Shown: in pieces, positions 22,425 to 35,864 of the stretch
How the letters are laid out: every line of letters begins with the position of its first letter
Numbering within the stretch: position 1 is the stretch's first letter
Translations under genes and position numbers: made by a program
Assembly: GCF_055900595.2 (NCBI RefSeq)
Contig: NZ_CM148325.1
Length of the DNA stretch: 64,000 bases
Strand: one strand, 5' to 3'
The notes under the pieces: model-generated
Database searches by the model: none
Seen by the model: only the letters and a program-made list of their open reading frames with translations
Told to the model about the DNA's origin: nothing

Positions 22425-22629
22425 AATTCTCTCGTTCTGATGACAGGTCAGATCCGCTTCACCTGATGAAGCGGTTAGGGGAGTGCCCCCACTTTAAGGG
22501 CGGGCATTGTAGCGCAATCGGTGGGGTTGACTCCAGTGACAATGTTAAGGGAAAGACTGAGCGCATTTATTTCGTTTTGATTCCGATAGTCGTCAGGTTC
22601 AATTGTTATCAGTTGACCTTAATTTGGTG

Positions 22630-24030
22630 TTAAAGAAAGGGAATATAACCCCATAACTTGTTGTGAAGTTCCGGATTGCAGGTAAAAAGCGCCTGAAGTT
22701 GCTGACGCTGAGGAGCATTTGGTTGAATGTCCGAAAGATTGAAATTGCGTTGCCATATCGCGAGCTGTTTACCTGCAAATTCTTCAGTTAGCTTGTGTTG
22801 CGATTGCAGAAGAAGAATTAAACAGGCCCATTTGTTCAAGTTATGATACAGCCGACAATATGCGCAAGCATGTTTAACTGATGGTGCGTTTTCCAGCAAC
22901 TGACGTATTTCCTCGAACGTGAGCGGAACTCGACACCATACACAGATGTTAACCATAAATCGAAGCCCGGAGGCGTCCGGGTTAGCCAGTGTGGTCAGAA
23001 TAATCCCTTTGACACCACCATCAGGATTGGCTTTCGCAAGAATATACATAGCGGCTAATCGCAGTGGGAATACATCCTGTGATAATCCCCATTCTGCCAG
23101 TTTTAAAATATTGGCATCATGAATGGAGTCCAGCCCGTATAAAGCTGCCCGGCGCTGTGAGGGAGTATATTCAGTCGAGGTGACAACATGACGCCAGAAT
23201 TGCACAACATCCATGACGTCATTAAGCATGTTTTTAGCGCGTAGACGGATCAACATATTGTTATCCAGCAGTAATGCGCTGTACAACGCCGGAGGAATTT
23301 CTATAGCTCGGTCAGTAAGGCTAAACAACGTTGCTTGTCGAATACGCGGCCAGCGGTCTTTTAACAGACGAGTTAATACCGCTTCGCTTAACGGTAATTG
23401 TTGACGCAGCCAGTGGGTGACCGCCAGCATTCGTAAACCTTCGTCGGGCTGCTTGAGTATTAAAAGCAGCGAAGATTCATCATTAAAGTAGCCATATTCA
23501 ATCAGCGTTTGTAATACTGCGCGGGAGAGTTTTTTATCAGGGCAAGTAAGCCAACACGTTAATTGTGGACGGCTATTTTCTGTCAATAAAAATCTAAGTA
23601 TCTCGTCTACAAATGCACGGTGATCGTAACGCTGGCATTGGAGAAGGTTACGTATCAAGGGAAGATTAACGGCAAATGCCGCTGCATTCTTATCCTTCTT
23701 TAAATGACGTAACGCTATGGTTGCAGCAAGGCGAACCTCTTTTACCCAGTCATTAGCTGCAAGTAATAATTCTTCTATAGCTGCAACATCCTCTTTTTGT
23801 CCCAGACATTGCACGGCCTTTTCTCGTATATATCCATTGTGGTGATGGGTAAGCTGGCAAAGAACCAGAGTATCGTTGAGATCACAATCATGCGCTATAT
23901 AATTGCCTGGATCGGCTATCATCGACTGGAGTTGTTGCTGGATAAGAAATAATTCACAGTCAACAGAATTATTCATTTCGACGTTAAACAAAACCCTGCG
24001 TGTAAATAATGTACGCAATCCTTTGAGCAT
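22630..24030 (-). CDS. Hypothetical 466-aa protein with HEAT/ARM-like repeat character; not expected at this position from recalled K-12 synteny
   Basis: Long ORF with aagga RBS 7 nt upstream of ATG; lower GC than neighbours; repeat-like segment EKAVQCLGQKEDVAAIEELLLAANDWVKEVRLAATIALRHL. Confidence 0.7.
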   Translation of the reverse strand: MLKGLRTLFTRRVLFNVEMNNSVDCELFLIQQQLQSMIADPGNYIAHDCDLNDTLVLCQLTHHHNGYIREKAVQCLGQKEDVAAIEELLLAANDWVKEVRLAATIALRHLKKDKNAAAFAVNLPLIRNLLQCQRYDHRAFVDEILRFLLTENSRPQLTCWLTCPDKKLSRAVLQTLIEYGYFNDESSLLLILKQPDEGLRMLAVTHWLRQQLPLSEAVLTRLLKDRWPRIRQATLFSLTDRAIEIPPALYSALLLDNNMLIRLRAKNMLNDVMDVVQFWRHVVTSTEYTPSQRRAALYGLDSIHDANILKLAEWGLSQDVFPLRLAAMYILAKANPDGGVKGIILTTLANPDASGLRFMVNICVWCRVPLTFEEIRQLLENAPSVKHACAYCRLYHNLNKWACLILLLQSQHKLTEEFAGKQLAIWQRNFNLSDIQPNAPQRQQLQALFTCNPELHNKLWGYIPFL

Positions 24031-24107
24031 AATTTTCCTTATCAGTTATGAGGAGAAAACTCATTTCATGATTAATAATTTCCTGAGGGATAGTAACTCT
24101 GTGATGA

Positions 24108-24145
24108 GAGAAAATAAAGCCGGACGCCAACAACCTACGCCCGGC
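24108..24145 (-). terminator. Rho-independent terminator of yegP
   Basis: Hairpin gccggacgcc...ggcgtccggc region (24119-24145) followed on the minus strand by a T-rich tract (plus-strand A-run 24108-24118). Confidence 0.55.
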
Positions 24146-24152
24146 ATCGTAA

Positions 24153-24485
24153 TTACGTATTGTCTTTCACCGTCTGGCTTGTGCCATTGGCTTTAACGGA
24201 GGCAATTCCGGTTTCACGAGATTGCGCGGTGGCGTACATCTGGCTGGAGCCGATAATTTGATGATTGGCGGCTTTCAGATTGAAATAGAATTTGCCGTTG
24301 CTTGCTGTTTTTTTCTCATAGCGTTCTTCTTGTGGGCTGTTGCTACGCACTGACGCGATGCCCTTTTCCGCAGAGGCTTTTGAGGTATACAGCTCGCTGG
24401 TGAGGATAGTCTCACCATTGCCCGCTTTTAGCACAAACCGGAATTGATTATCACTGCTCCTACTGAGTTCAAACCAACCAGCCAT
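24153..24485 (-). CDS. yegP: UPF0339/DUF1508 protein YegP (110 aa)
   Basis: Internal ATG (MAGWFELSRSSDNQFRFVLKAGNGE...), duplicated domain. Confidence 0.85.
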   Translation of the reverse strand: MAGWFELSRSSDNQFRFVLKAGNGETILTSELYTSKASAEKGIASVRSNSPQEERYEKKTASNGKFYFNLKAANHQIIGSSQMYATAQSRETGIASVKANGTSQTVKDNT

Positions 24486-24664
24486 AATGACTCCTTGATT
24501 GAAATTGCGTATCGAAAACAGCATCTAAAAGGACTGTTTGCCGATTAAAGTATGAGCGATTTTCAGGTGCTTGCCAGGGCGGAGAGATAATGTCAGATAG
24601 CCGACAATGCGCGGGATAATGCTGCCGGATGTGGCGTGAATGCCTTCTCCGGCAGGTAAAAATG

Positions 24665-25387
24665 TTAAACGATGCGGCAGGCGTCGGCTTCCCAGCGATA
24701 ACCGACACCGTAGACGGCGCGGATAAAAGACTGCTCTTCGTCCAGAGCTTCCAGCTTGCGACGCAGGTTTTTAATGTGGCTGTCGATGGTGCGGTCAGTT
24801 ACTACGCGGTAGTCGTCATAAAGGTGGTTCAACAACTGCTCACGGGAGAATACTTTTCCCGGTTCATGAGAGAGCGTTTTCAGCAGACGAAATTCCGCAG
24901 GCGTCAGGTCAAGCATTTTACCGCGCCATGAAGCCTGAAAACGACCTTCGTCGATAATCAACGGGCTTTCGGCATCCTGTTGCTGCAACTCGCGCTGCGG
25001 TTTGCAACGGCGCAAAATGGTTTTGACGCGCGCTACCACTTCCCGTGGACTGTACGGCTTACAGATATAATCATCTGCGCCAATCTCCAGCCCGAGCAGG
25101 CGGTCGATCTCTTCGATTTTTGCTGTCACCATCACGATCGGAATGTCAGAAAAACGACGAATTTCCCGACACAACGTCAGGCCATCGGTGCCAGGGAGCA
25201 TCAGATCCAACAGGATCAGATCCGGTGGTGTCTGGCGCACATATGGCAGTACCTGATCGCCGTGGCTGATAAGCGTCGGCGCATAGCTCGCAGCACGCAG
25301 ATAATCAATAAGCAACTGCCCCAGCTTCGGTTCATCTTCCACGATCAAAATACGTGGCGTGTTTTCGTCGATTGGTAACTCGGTCAT
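24665..25387 (-). CDS. baeR: Envelope-stress response regulator (OmpR family)
   Basis: 240-aa [23 protein letters not shown]... Confidence 0.95.
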   Translation of the reverse strand: MTELPIDENTPRILIVEDEPKLGQLLIDYLRAASYAPTLISHGDQVLPYVRQTPPDLILLDLMLPGTDGLTLCREIRRFSDIPIVMVTAKIEEIDRLLGLEIGADDYICKPYSPREVVARVKTILRRCKPQRELQQQDAESPLIIDEGRFQASWRGKMLDLTPAEFRLLKTLSHEPGKVFSREQLLNHLYDDYRVVTDRTIDSHIKNLRRKLEALDEEQSFIRAVYGVGYRWEADACRIV

Positions 25388-26787
25388 ACTTCTCTCTGTA
25401 AATCCCGTTCCAGCGGTAACTCTACTGTAATGCTTACCCCGCCAAAAGGCGAATGAGCGGCAACAATGCGACCATTATGTGCTTCAACAATGTTAAGACA
25501 AATCGCCAGCCCCAGGCCGGAACCGCTGCTGGCACGGTTGCGGGAACCTTCAGTGCGATAAAAACGCTCAAACAATTTTTGCAGTTGATCGTCACTAACG
25601 CCCGGTGCACTGTCGGCAAAGGTCAGGCGCACCGTTTTGTCATGTTGCTCGGCAGAGATATGCAGGCTGCCGCCGCTGTCGGTATAGCGCAGGCTGTTTT
25701 CCAGTAAGTTATTGAACAACTGCATTAAACGATCGCGATCGCCAAATACGGTAATGCTGTCTGGCAGGGAAAATTGCAGTTTCAGCCCGCGGCTGGCGAA
25801 ACGCTCACGAAATGCGCCACCCGCGACTTCCAGTAGCGGGATCAGATCCACCGACGATTTCTGGTAGGCGAGAGCGCCTTCATCAGACATCGACAATTGA
25901 TGAAGATCATCCACCAGTTTGGTCAGTGTACCGACCTCTGCCTGTAAAGAAGCCACCGTCTCCGGCGTGAATTTACGCACGCCATCCTGAATAGCTTCCA
26001 GTTCGCCGCGCAGTACCGCTAAAGGCGTGCGCAGCTCGTGGGAGATATCGGCCATAAAATCGCGGCGCATCTGTTGGTTTTTCTCCAGCGTGCTGGCGAG
26101 CTGGTTGAAGTCTTGCGCCAGTTTGCCCAATTCATCTTCACTGGTGGGCGTCACGCGAGTAGTGAAATCGCCCGCTGCCAGTTTGTGTGTACCGTCCACC
26201 AGTCGTTTGACCGGAGCCAGCAAACCGCGCGCCAGTGGGAATGTCGCCAGCGCCGCTAACAAGGTAGATAAAGCGACAATCAGCCAACTGGTTTGCCTCT
26301 GTTGTCTGTCAAAATTGATATCGGTATTGCGGGTCAGTCGTTCAACAGGGGAGGCGATCACCGCACCCACTTCCGCCCCATTGACCATAATGGGCCGCCG
26401 TGTGCCGTCTGGTGGAATCGGTGCTCGCGGGCCAACCAGCACTTTGTTGTTTTGATCAACCACCCAGAATTGCGTGCGCCAACCGTGTGGCGGCATACCG
26501 GGGCCGGGCTTATCTTCGTTGTTATCATGCTCCAGCGAACGTAGGATCTGAAATACAAAGCGATCGTTATTACGCAGGAAGCGCCAGTTCCCGTGCTGGG
26601 CGTACTGCTCACCAAGCGCATCGCCGAGCATTTGCAGCCGTTGTTCATTACCATGCTTGATGTAATCGATAAAGCCGCGCTCAAAACTGATACGTACCGC
26701 CCAGTGCATCGTGATCAATAAGACAATGCAGGTGGCGAAAATCGCCAGAAACAGTTTGCCGGTAATACCGGGTCGCCAGAACTTCAT
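25384..26787 (-). CDS. baeS: Envelope-stress sensor histidine kinase
   Basis: 467-aa ORF with HAMP/HisKA/HATPase features (HELRTPL). Confidence 0.95.
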   Translation of the reverse strand: MKFWRPGITGKLFLAIFATCIVLLITMHWAVRISFERGFIDYIKHGNEQRLQMLGDALGEQYAQHGNWRFLRNNDRFVFQILRSLEHDNNEDKPGPGMPPHGWRTQFWVVDQNNKVLVGPRAPIPPDGTRRPIMVNGAEVGAVIASPVERLTRNTDINFDRQQRQTSWLIVALSTLLAALATFPLARGLLAPVKRLVDGTHKLAAGDFTTRVTPTSEDELGKLAQDFNQLASTLEKNQQMRRDFMADISHELRTPLAVLRGELEAIQDGVRKFTPETVASLQAEVGTLTKLVDDLHQLSMSDEGALAYQKSSVDLIPLLEVAGGAFRERFASRGLKLQFSLPDSITVFGDRDRLMQLFNNLLENSLRYTDSGGSLHISAEQHDKTVRLTFADSAPGVSDDQLQKLFERFYRTEGSRNRASSGSGLGLAICLNIVEAHNGRIVAAHSPFGGVSITVELPLERDLQREV

Positions 26788-28199
26788 TGCGCGCTCCTTT
26801 TTCGCCGCGAAATAGCGACATTTTGATGCGTATCGTTTGGCACTCTGGCAAAGATAAACGCCGGAAGGGCGATGATAAACGCCATGCTAAGCCAGGTGTA
26901 CATAAAGACGGTTTGTGTGGTGCCGCTGTCGACGCTGACATGCTGTGAACCAAAAAGTCCCAGCAACAGCCCGGCGATAGTGACGCCGATACTCATCGAC
27001 AATTGCATAATCATCGACAGCAGGCTGTTTCCGCTGCTCGCCAGATTGTCCGGGAGATCTTTCAGCGTCAGGGTGTTCATGGAGGAGAAACGCGTCGAGT
27101 TGACCATCCCTTGTAAAAACAGGACGAACGGCAAAACATAGTACCAGCCCAGCAGAGCAGTGGTCATAAATAGCAGGGTGACCAGCGACAGACCCAGCGT
27201 GGTCGCCACCAGTACCCGACGATAACCAAAGCTATTCACTACCTGTACCACAATTCGCTTCATCCCCATGCTGCCGAGCACCATCGGGATCATCATCAGT
27301 CCGGCATGAAACGGTGAGAAGCCAAGGCCAATTTGCAGGAAAACCGGCGTCATAAAGGGCAACATGCCGCTACCGATACGTCCGGCAAAACTCCCCGCCA
27401 GACCCAGCGAAAAAGTACGAGTACGGAACAGTTTCAGACTGAAAAGAGCGCGGTTGTTATTTCTGGCGTGCAGCAGATAAAGCACCAGTGCTACCACGCC
27501 AATCGCTGCCAGTCCGGCAATCGCCAGCGGTGAAAGTCCCGTGCCTTTACTGCCATCCAGCGCCAGCGTTAATACCGCCATGCCGACCGCCAGCAATAAA
27601 AAACCGGAGAGATCGAAACGCCGCGTCTGCATGGTGTAGTTTGGCATTAACATCAGCGTGGCGATCGCACCGATAATCCCTACCGGTATGTTGATCAAAA
27701 AGATCCAATGCCAGGACGCGTATTCCACCAGCAGGCCGCCGAGCGCCGGACCCAATAGTGGGCCGACCTGACCGGGCAGCGTAACAAAGGTCATCGCCGC
27801 CATATATTGCTCGCGCGGTACAATTTTCATCACCGTAAGCCTGCCGACCGGCACCATCATCGCGCCGCCAACGCCCTGTAACGCGCGTGCCAGCAACAGT
27901 TCGTTTAGCGTGGCAGAAAGCGCGCAAAACAGCGAACCGAGGGTAAACAGCACGATGGCGGTAAAGAAGATATTGCGTACGCCGACTTTGTCCGCCAGCC
28001 AGCCGCTGGCGGGCAGCATCACCGCCACGGTCAGTACATAAGATACGATGACCATGTGCATATGCAGCGGGCTTTCCCCGAGGCTTTGCGCCATTGAGGG
28101 AAGCGCGGTGTTAACGATGGTGGTGTCCAGCGACTGCATAAAGAAGCCGAAAGCCACAATCCACAATTGCCAGCGGGTGCTGTCGGGAAGATCTGTCAT
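26784..28199 (-). CDS. mdtD: MFS transporter MdtD
   Basis: 471-aa 14-TMS-type MFS protein; last gene of mdtABCD. Confidence 0.93.
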   Translation of the reverse strand: MTDLPDSTRWQLWIVAFGFFMQSLDTTIVNTALPSMAQSLGESPLHMHMVIVSYVLTVAVMLPASGWLADKVGVRNIFFTAIVLFTLGSLFCALSATLNELLLARALQGVGGAMMVPVGRLTVMKIVPREQYMAAMTFVTLPGQVGPLLGPALGGLLVEYASWHWIFLINIPVGIIGAIATLMLMPNYTMQTRRFDLSGFLLLAVGMAVLTLALDGSKGTGLSPLAIAGLAAIGVVALVLYLLHARNNNRALFSLKLFRTRTFSLGLAGSFAGRIGSGMLPFMTPVFLQIGLGFSPFHAGLMMIPMVLGSMGMKRIVVQVVNSFGYRRVLVATTLGLSLVTLLFMTTALLGWYYVLPFVLFLQGMVNSTRFSSMNTLTLKDLPDNLASSGNSLLSMIMQLSMSIGVTIAGLLLGLFGSQHVSVDSGTTQTVFMYTWLSMAFIIALPAFIFARVPNDTHQNVAISRRKRSAQ

Positions 28200-31100
28200 T
28201 TACTCGGTTACCGTTTGTTTAGGTTTACGCGAAAAACGCAGCCGCAGACGGTCAAAAAAGAGATACACCACTGGCGTGGTATACAGCGTCAGGAGCTGGC
28301 TCATTACCAGACCGCCGACAATGGTGATCCCCAGGGGTTGGCGCAGCTCCGAGCCGTCACCGCCCGACAATACCAACGGCAGCGCACCAAACAGCGCCGC
28401 CAGGGTAGTCATCATAATCGGGCGAAAACGCAGCAGACAGGCCTGGAAAATAGCTTCCTGCGGCGTCAGGTTACCGTGCCGTTGGGCTTCGAGCGCAAAA
28501 TCGACCATCATAATGGCGTTTTTCTTCACGATGCCGATTAATAGCATGATCCCTATCAGGGCGATTAGGCTGAACGGGGCATTGAATAGCTCCAGCGCCA
28601 GCAGCGCCCCAACGCCCGCCGAGGGCAGGGTGGAGAGAATCGTCAGTGGATGCACGTAACTCTCGTAAAGGATACCCAGCACGATATACACCGTGGCGAT
28701 GGCTGCGATAATCAGGATTACCTGCGAGTTCATCGTCTCCTGGAATACCTGCGCTGTTCCGGCAAAACTGCCACGCACCGTCGAAGGCACACCAAGCTGG
28801 GTCATTGCGCGGTCGATCGCCGCACTGGCGTCCGAGAGCGATTTCCCGGTCGGCAGGTTAAACGAGATGGTCGAGGCCGCCGATAATCCCTGATGATTCA
28901 CCGACAGCGGGGCATTCGCCGGTTGCCATTTAGCGAAATATGACAGAGGGATCGCTTTTCCTTCGTTATTAATGACGAACATTTTTTCCAGTGCACTAAT
29001 GTCCTGGGTATAGCGTGGATCCACTTCCATCACCACTTTATACTGGTTCATGGGCTGGTAAATGGTCGAGATTTGCCGCTGACCGAAGGCGTTATTCAAC
29101 AGGCTGTTGGCGGCCTGCACGTCGATTCCCAGCCGTGCCATAGTGTCGCGGTCGTAAACCAGATTCATCTCCGCGCCGTTATCTTGCTGGTCGGAATTCA
29201 CGTCCGCCAGTTCCGGCAATGTCGCCAGTTTTTTGCGGATTTTCGGCTCCCATTCGCGCAGCGCCGCCAGGTCGTCGGAGAGCAACGTATACTGGTAACT
29301 GGCGTTCGACTGACGTCCGCCAACGCGAATATCCTGCACCGCCATCAGGAACAGATTCGCTCCCGGTTCTTTCGCCAGCTTCACCCGTAGACGGTCGATA
29401 ATTTGCTGCGCCGTTTCGCTGCGTTCGTCGCGTGGTTTGAGAGTGATAAACATCATCCCGCTGTTCACCCGCGAGCCACCGGTAAAGCCGGTGACATTAT
29501 CCACTGCCGGATCGTCACGGATAATTTTCATGAAATCCTGCAATTTGCCGCGCATCGCCTGAAACGAAATACTCTGATCCGCCTGTATCCCGCCCATCAG
29601 TACACCAGTGTCCTGCTCCGGGAAGAAGGTTTTCGGGATCGAGATATACAGCCAGATATTCAGCGCAATGGTGCCAAGCAGCACCACGCCCACCAGACGG
29701 GTATGATTGAGCACCCATTTCAGCGACTTGCCGTAGCCTTGTTGCAGAGCAACCAACATGCGACCAAAACCACGCAGACGCTTTTGCTCGCGCGGCTTGC
29801 TGGCTTTTAGCATCCAGCCGCACATCATCGGCGTTAACGTCAGGGAAACCAGCAACGAAATACCAATGGCGACAGAAAGCGTCACGGCAAATTCGCGTAA
29901 CAGTCGGCCCGGCAATCCGCCCATCAACAGCAGCGGCAGGAACACCGCCACCAGTGACAGACTCATCGACAGTACCGTAAAGCCGACTTCGCGAGTACCT
30001 TGCAGCGCGGCCTGTAGCGGTTTCATCCCCGCTTCCAGATGACGGGCAATGTTTTCCAGCACTACGATGGCGTCATCCACCACGAAACCAGTAGCGATGG
30101 TGAGCGCCATTAACGAAAGATTATTGAGACTGAAACCGCACAGGTACATCGCCGCAAACGTACCAATCAGCGAAACCGGCACCGCAACGGCGGGAATAAT
30201 AGTGGCGCGACCCGAGCGCAGGAATAAAAAGACCACCAGAATCACCAGCGCCACCGAGATAATCAGCGTTTGCTCGACTTCCTCCAGCGAGGCGCGAATG
30301 GTGGGGGAGCGATCCTGGGCAATTTGCAGATCAATCGCCGCCGGAATGGTCTCCTGCAACTCCGGTAATTTTGCCCGGATGCTGTCAACCGTCTGGATAA
30401 TATTGGCTTCCGGCAGCTTGCGGATCATCAGCAAAATAGCCGGTTTGGCGTTGGTCATCCCGGCGTTGCGCACATCCTGCACTGAGTCGGTCACCGTCGC
30501 TACATCGCCCAGACGAACCGCGCCGCCGTTGTTGTAATGAATAATCAGCGGTTGGTATTCGGTAGCGGTTTTTAGCTCATCATTGGTCTGTATCTGCCAG
30601 CGGTGAGTGCCATCTTCCAGCGCGCCCTGCGGTTTACGCACGTTGGCATTGCTGATGGCAGTGCGTACGTCGTCCAGCGACACGCCCTGATTAAACAGCG
30701 CCTGCGGGTTCAGCCCAACGCGCACGGCGGGCAACGAGCTGCCGCCGACATCGACATCACCGACACCGTCGATTTGCGAAATTGTCGGAGCCAGTTGCGT
30801 CGAGGCGAAATCGTACAGTTCACCCTGCGAATAAGTATCGGATGTCAGCGTGAGGATCATAATTGGCGCATCCGACGGGTTCGCTTTGCGATAGGTCGGA
30901 CGGCTGGGCATCCCACTGGGCAGCAAACTTTGTGCAGCGTTGATCGCCGCCTGCACATCGCGCGCTGCGCCGTTGATATCCCGATCAAAATCAAACTGCA
31001 AAATAATGCGCGTGCTGCCGAGCGAACTGCTGGAGGTCATTTCACTGACCCCGGCAATGCGCCCAAGTGAGCGCTCCAACGGAGTGGCAACGGAAGACGC

Positions 31101-31277
31101 CATTGTCTCCGGCGACGCACCGGGCAGCGAGGCGCTGACCATAATCACCGGAAAATCGACCTGTGGCAGCGGGGCGACCGGCAGCATACGGAAGCCCAGT
31201 ATGCCGCACAGGGTAATGGCGACCGACAGTAAAATCGTCGCCACCGGGCGGTAAATGAAGAGGGCAAAAAACTTCAC
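28200..31277 (-). CDS. mdtC: RND multidrug efflux permease MdtC
   Basis: 1025-aa RND protein. Confidence 0.95.
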   Translation of the reverse strand: MKFFALFIYRPVATILLSVAITLCGILGFRMLPVAPLPQVDFPVIMVSASLPGASPETMASSVATPLERSLGRIAGVSEMTSSSSLGSTRIILQFDFDRDINGAARDVQAAINAAQSLLPSGMPSRPTYRKANPSDAPIMILTLTSDTYSQGELYDFASTQLAPTISQIDGVGDVDVGGSSLPAVRVGLNPQALFNQGVSLDDVRTAISNANVRKPQGALEDGTHRWQIQTNDELKTATEYQPLIIHYNNGGAVRLGDVATVTDSVQDVRNAGMTNAKPAILLMIRKLPEANIIQTVDSIRAKLPELQETIPAAIDLQIAQDRSPTIRASLEEVEQTLIISVALVILVVFLFLRSGRATIIPAVAVPVSLIGTFAAMYLCGFSLNNLSLMALTIATGFVVDDAIVVLENIARHLEAGMKPLQAALQGTREVGFTVLSMSLSLVAVFLPLLLMGGLPGRLLREFAVTLSVAIGISLLVSLTLTPMMCGWMLKASKPREQKRLRGFGRMLVALQQGYGKSLKWVLNHTRLVGVVLLGTIALNIWLYISIPKTFFPEQDTGVLMGGIQADQSISFQAMRGKLQDFMKIIRDDPAVDNVTGFTGGSRVNSGMMFITLKPRDERSETAQQIIDRLRVKLAKEPGANLFLMAVQDIRVGGRQSNASYQYTLLSDDLAALREWEPKIRKKLATLPELADVNSDQQDNGAEMNLVYDRDTMARLGIDVQAANSLLNNAFGQRQISTIYQPMNQYKVVMEVDPRYTQDISALEKMFVINNEGKAIPLSYFAKWQPANAPLSVNHQGLSAASTISFNLPTGKSLSDASAAIDRAMTQLGVPSTVRGSFAGTAQVFQETMNSQVILIIAAIATVYIVLGILYESYVHPLTILSTLPSAGVGALLALELFNAPFSLIALIGIMLLIGIVKKNAIMMVDFALEAQRHGNLTPQEAIFQACLLRFRPIMMTTLAALFGALPLVLSGGDGSELRQPLGITIVGGLVMSQLLTLYTTPVVYLFFDRLRLRFSRKPKQTVTE

Positions 31278-34200
31278 TTACGCCTCCTCTTCATGACGAG
31301 CAAAGCGGCTTTTGGTCCACAATGCCAGGCGGTCGAATAGCAGATAAATCACCGGCGTGGTAAACAGCGTCAGCACCTGGCTAACAATCAGACCGCCGAC
31401 CATGCCGATACCTAACGGACGACGCAGTTCCGCGCCGACCCCGGTACTTAACATCAGCGGCAACGCGCCAAGCAGAGCCGCCAGAGTGGTCATCAGGATC
31501 GGGCGAAAACGCAGCAAACAGGCCTGGTAAATAGCATCGCGCGGCGACATGCCTTGCTCGCGCTCGGCAGCCAGCGCGAAGTCGATCATCATGATGGCGT
31601 TTTTCTTCACAATACCGATCAGCAAAATAATGCCGATGATGGCGATCACATCCAGCTCACTTCCGGCAATCATTAGCGCCAGCAGTGCGCCAACACCTGC
31701 CGTTGGCAACGTCGAGAGAATGGTGATCGGGTGAATAAAACTTTCATACAGAATGCCGAGCACGATATACATCGCCACCACCGCCGCGACAATCAGCCAG
31801 ACAGTGCTGCCCAATGCCGACTGGAAGGCGAGGGTGCTACCCTGGAACTGCGTGGTGATATCCACCGGCAGATTCAGCGTCTTTTCGGTGTCCATAATCG
31901 CCTGCACCGCATCGCCCAGCGAATAGTTATCCGGCACGTTAAAGGAGATGGTCGTTACCGGGAACTGATCCAGATGGTTGATGGAGAGCGGCGCAAAACG
32001 CTGCTCAATTTTGGCAATTGAGCTTAGCGGCACCACGCCACCGTCGCTGCTGGTCAGGCGGATAGTATCCAGCGCCGCGAGGCCTGGGGTATTTTCGGTG
32101 TTGTGTTCCAGCACCACGCGATACTGGTTGGCCTGAGTATAAATAGTGGAAATCAGTCGCTGACCAAACGCGTTGTACAGGGCGTTATCGACGTCCGCCA
32201 TGCTGATCCCCAGACGGCTGGCGCTGTCGCGATCAACATTGACATACGCCACCAGCCCTTTGTCCTGCCAGTCACTGGAGACATCAGAAAGCTGTGGCAG
32301 CTGCTGGAGTTTTTCCACGAGTTGCGGCACCCAGGTGCTGAGCGCATCCAGCGATGTGGCCTGCAAGGTAAACTGGTACTGGGTGCGGCTGACCTGAGTA
32401 TCGATAGTCAGATCCTGCGTTGGTTGAAGGAAGAGATCGACACCCGGCACTTTATCGACCGCCGATTGTAGACGGGAGATAACTTTTTGCACCCGGTCAT
32501 CACGTTCATCCAGCGGTTTGAGGTTGATTTGTAAACGCGCACTGTTCAGTGATGGGTTAGTGCCATCAACGCCAACAAATGAGGTCAGACTTTGCACTGC
32601 CGGATCCTGCAAAATCACATCCGCGACCTGGCGTTGCCGCTGGGCCATATTGGCAAAGGAGCTGGACTGCGGTGCCTGCAAAGTGCCCTGAATAATGCCG
32701 TTGTCCTGTACCGGGAAGAAACCTTTCGGAATGAACACCCATAAGAGAACGCTCAGCAGCAGCGTGCTGAGCGCCACGCTTAAGGTCAGCCACGGATGAT
32801 TCAGCACTTTCGTAAGTCCACGACCATAGGCGGCAATTATCCTGTCGAACATTTTTTCCGAGGCCCGGGAGAAGCGGTTCTGTTTACGCAGCGACTCCTG
32901 GCTGAGCATCCGCGCGCACATCATCGGTGTCAGGGTCAGAGACACCACGGCTGAGATCAAAATCGCGACGGCCAGAGTAATAGCAAATTCGCGGAACAGT
33001 CGCCCGACGATATCGCCCATAAACAGCAGTGGGATCAACACCGCAATCAGTGAGAAGGTCAGCGAGATAATGGTAAAGCCGATTTCACCCGCGCCCTTGA
33101 GCGCCGCCGCCAACGGTTTTTCGCCTTTTTCGATATAGCGGGAAATGTTTTCGATCACCACGATGGCGTCATCGACCACGAATCCGGTGGCGATAGTTAA
33201 CGCCATCAGCGTCAGGTTATTGATTGAAAAATCGAGAAACACCATAACCGCAAAGGTGCCAATTAACGACAGCGGCACGGCGACGCCAGGAATGATAGTC
33301 GCCGGAATATTGCGCAAAAACAGGTAGATAATCATGACTACCAGCGCGATAGCCATCATCAATTCAAACTGGGTATCGTTGACCGATGCGCGGATATTGG
33401 TAGTGCGATCGGAAAGTACCGTCACTTTTACCGATTTCGGCAGACTCTCGGTGAGCTGTGGCAGCATCTGCCGGATGCTGTCGGCGGTGGAGATAATGTT
33501 AGCACCAGGCTGGCGCTGAACATTCATCACAATGGCCTGTTCTTTGTTCGCCCATGCGCCAAGCCAACTGTTTTCTGCGCCTTGTTCAACGGTTGCGACA
33601 TCACCAAGACGAATCGGCGCGCCGTTCTGGTAGGCAATAATTAGCTGGCGATACTCTTCGGCGGATTGCATCTGGTCGTTCGCGGAAAGGGTGACCGCGC
33701 GGGAAGGGCCGTCGAGGCTACCTTTAGCCGAGTTAACGTTAGCACCGGTAATGGCGGTGCGCACGGTTTCGCTGGTCAGGCCGAGGGCGGCAATCGCCTG
33801 GGCGTTAAGTTTGACGCGAACAGCCGGACGCTGACCGCCGGAAAGCGTCACCAGCCCGACGCCGGAAATCTGCGAGATCTTCTGCGCGACGCGGGTTTCC
33901 ACCATATCTTCCACTTGCGTCATCGGCATGGCGGTTGATGTGACGGCAAGCGTCATGATCGGCGGATCTGCCGGATTCACTTTGCTGTATACCGGAGGGT
34001 TAGGCAGATCGCTCGGCAACAGGTTAGTGGCGGCGTTAATCGCGGCCTGCACTTCCTGCTCGGCGACATCCAGCGGCAATGTTAGCTGGAATTGCAAGGT
34101 GATAACTGACGCGCCGCCGGAACTTTGCGATGACATCTGTTTCAGGCCAGACATCTGCCCAAATTGGCGTTCGAGCGGCGCAGTAACGGCGGAGGTCATG

Positions 34201-34400
34201 ACATCCGGGCTGGCGCCAGGGTAGAGCGTGACCACCTGAATGGTCGGATAGTCCACTTCCGGCAGCGCCGAAACGGGCAGGGCGCGATATCCGATAATCC
34301 CGGCGAGTAAGATCGCCACCATCAGCAGCGTGGTGGCAACAGGACGCATAATAAACAGGCGCGACGGACCGCCTGTGCTGCTCGGGGGTAACACCTGCAT
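31278..34400 (-). CDS. mdtB: RND multidrug efflux permease MdtB
   Basis: 1040-aa RND protein. Confidence 0.95.
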   Translation of the reverse strand: MQVLPPSSTGGPSRLFIMRPVATTLLMVAILLAGIIGYRALPVSALPEVDYPTIQVVTLYPGASPDVMTSAVTAPLERQFGQMSGLKQMSSQSSGGASVITLQFQLTLPLDVAEQEVQAAINAATNLLPSDLPNPPVYSKVNPADPPIMTLAVTSTAMPMTQVEDMVETRVAQKISQISGVGLVTLSGGQRPAVRVKLNAQAIAALGLTSETVRTAITGANVNSAKGSLDGPSRAVTLSANDQMQSAEEYRQLIIAYQNGAPIRLGDVATVEQGAENSWLGAWANKEQAIVMNVQRQPGANIISTADSIRQMLPQLTESLPKSVKVTVLSDRTTNIRASVNDTQFELMMAIALVVMIIYLFLRNIPATIIPGVAVPLSLIGTFAVMVFLDFSINNLTLMALTIATGFVVDDAIVVIENISRYIEKGEKPLAAALKGAGEIGFTIISLTFSLIAVLIPLLFMGDIVGRLFREFAITLAVAILISAVVSLTLTPMMCARMLSQESLRKQNRFSRASEKMFDRIIAAYGRGLTKVLNHPWLTLSVALSTLLLSVLLWVFIPKGFFPVQDNGIIQGTLQAPQSSSFANMAQRQRQVADVILQDPAVQSLTSFVGVDGTNPSLNSARLQINLKPLDERDDRVQKVISRLQSAVDKVPGVDLFLQPTQDLTIDTQVSRTQYQFTLQATSLDALSTWVPQLVEKLQQLPQLSDVSSDWQDKGLVAYVNVDRDSASRLGISMADVDNALYNAFGQRLISTIYTQANQYRVVLEHNTENTPGLAALDTIRLTSSDGGVVPLSSIAKIEQRFAPLSINHLDQFPVTTISFNVPDNYSLGDAVQAIMDTEKTLNLPVDITTQFQGSTLAFQSALGSTVWLIVAAVVAMYIVLGILYESFIHPITILSTLPTAGVGALLALMIAGSELDVIAIIGIILLIGIVKKNAIMMIDFALAAEREQGMSPRDAIYQACLLRFRPILMTTLAALLGALPLMLSTGVGAELRRPLGIGMVGGLIVSQVLTLFTTPVIYLLFDRLALWTKSRFARHEEEA

Positions 34401-35647
34401 CAGGAGCGTGCTCCTTTTTTCGCGTATTCGCGGCTGGTGGCTTTCTCTTCCGAAGTGGTGGCGCTCTGGGCTTCCACTACTTCCACTTTCGCCCCTTCGG
34501 TCAGGCGATCAATGCCGTCTGTCACTACGCGGTCGCCCGCAGAAATACCTGCGCGGATAACCACTTTCTCACTGTCCTGAATGCCCGGCGTCACCAGATG
34601 TTTGCTGACCTTGTTTTCGCTATTCAGCACCCAGACAAAATGGCCTTCATTGCCCATTTGCAGGGCGGCAGTTGGGATCACCACGGCGTTTTGTTCGGTG
34701 TCGACTAACATACGCGCGTTAACAAACTGATTGGGAAACAGTGCATCATCCTGATTATTAAAGCGTGCTTTCACTTTAATCGTACCGGTAGTGGCATCGA
34801 TTTGGTTATCGAGACTTAACAGCGTGCCTTCACTTAATTTCTTCGAGTTGGTGCGATCCCAGGCTTCTACCACCAGCGGTTTTCCGGCTTTTTGCGCCTG
34901 CACAACGGTAGCGATATCGCTTTCCGGCAGGGTAAAGACTAAATCGATAGGGTGCGTCTGGGTGATCACCACAATCCCGGTGGTATCACCACTGGAGATT
35001 TGGTTACCAACATCAACCTGCTTGAGACCAACGCGACCATCGACTGGCGCGGTGATGCGGCTCCAGTCGAGTTGCAGCTGTGCGCTGGCGACGCTTGCTT
35101 CATCAGCCTTAATGGTGCCTTCGGTTTCACTGACCAGCGCCTGTTGGGCATCCAGTTCCTGACGGGAGACGAGATTGGTTTTTGCCAGTTGCTGATAACG
35201 CGCTAAATCACGGCGGGCGTTGGCAAGCGTGGCTTTATCTTTTGCCAGTTGGCCCTGGGCTTGTGCTAATGCAACTTTGAACTGGCTGGGGTCAATTTCT
35301 GCCAGTAAATCGCCTGCTTTGACCTGCTGACCCTCCTGGAAATGTAATGCCATCAGTTGACCATCTACGCGACTGCGCACCGTAACGGTGTTAGCAGCGG
35401 TAATCGTACCAAGCCCGGTGAGGTAACGCGGAACTGCCTGTTCTACGGCTGTCGCCGCCTGAACCGGGGCTAATGGGCCGGAACGCATACCACGGCGACC
35501 ACCCGCTGGCGATTGCTGCGCTTGCTTCGTCGCACCTGGCGCTGCGCTCTGGGATTCATTGCGGCCTTGCCAGAACCAGAAAGCGGCGATGGCGGCGATA
35601 ACCACCACGATTACGATTACCCAACGGGATTTATTACTGCCTTTCAT
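34400..35647 (-). CDS. mdtA: RND membrane fusion (periplasmic adaptor) protein MdtA
   Basis: Start at internal ATG ([16 protein letters not shown]...), 415 aa. Confidence 0.9.
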   Translation of the reverse strand: MKGSNKSRWVIVIVVVIAAIAAFWFWQGRNESQSAAPGATKQAQQSPAGGRRGMRSGPLAPVQAATAVEQAVPRYLTGLGTITAANTVTVRSRVDGQLMALHFQEGQQVKAGDLLAEIDPSQFKVALAQAQGQLAKDKATLANARRDLARYQQLAKTNLVSRQELDAQQALVSETEGTIKADEASVASAQLQLDWSRITAPVDGRVGLKQVDVGNQISSGDTTGIVVITQTHPIDLVFTLPESDIATVVQAQKAGKPLVVEAWDRTNSKKLSEGTLLSLDNQIDATTGTIKVKARFNNQDDALFPNQFVNARMLVDTEQNAVVIPTAALQMGNEGHFVWVLNSENKVSKHLVTPGIQDSEKVVIRAGISAGDRVVTDGIDRLTEGAKVEVVEAQSATTSEEKATSREYAKKGARS

Positions 35648-35700
35648 CGTTAAGAGTTTCTCTTCCTGAAACGTTTCGCGGAATGATACTAGTGTAGCCA

Positions 35701-35718
35701 GCCAATAAGGGAGAAAAA
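35701..35718 (-). promoter_or_regulatory. Candidate BaeR box upstream of mdtA
   Basis: Minus-strand tttttctcccttattggc matches recalled BaeR consensus TTTTTCTCCATDATTGGC at 17 of 18 positions. Confidence 0.65.
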
Positions 35719-35864
35719 TGGAGGAATTATGAAACACTGTCGGGAATCGTCTGAATGGCAGGCACTTTTGCGAGCACGCATCCAGTAATAACACAGGAAA
35801 CTATTTTATCTGCGCGTTAGCGATAGACTGCATTCAGGGCAAAAGGAGGTAGGCCGACGATTTC

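Noticed and set aside
21648-22466. 272-aa plus-strand ORF entirely inside yegQ (minus strand)
   Set aside because: Antisense shadow ORF within a well-supported gene; no RBS or independent evidence.
28048-31254. Multiple 100-200-aa plus-strand ORFs inside mdtC (also 31549..34224 inside mdtB)
   Set aside because: Shadow ORFs opposite large RND genes; compositionally biased translations.
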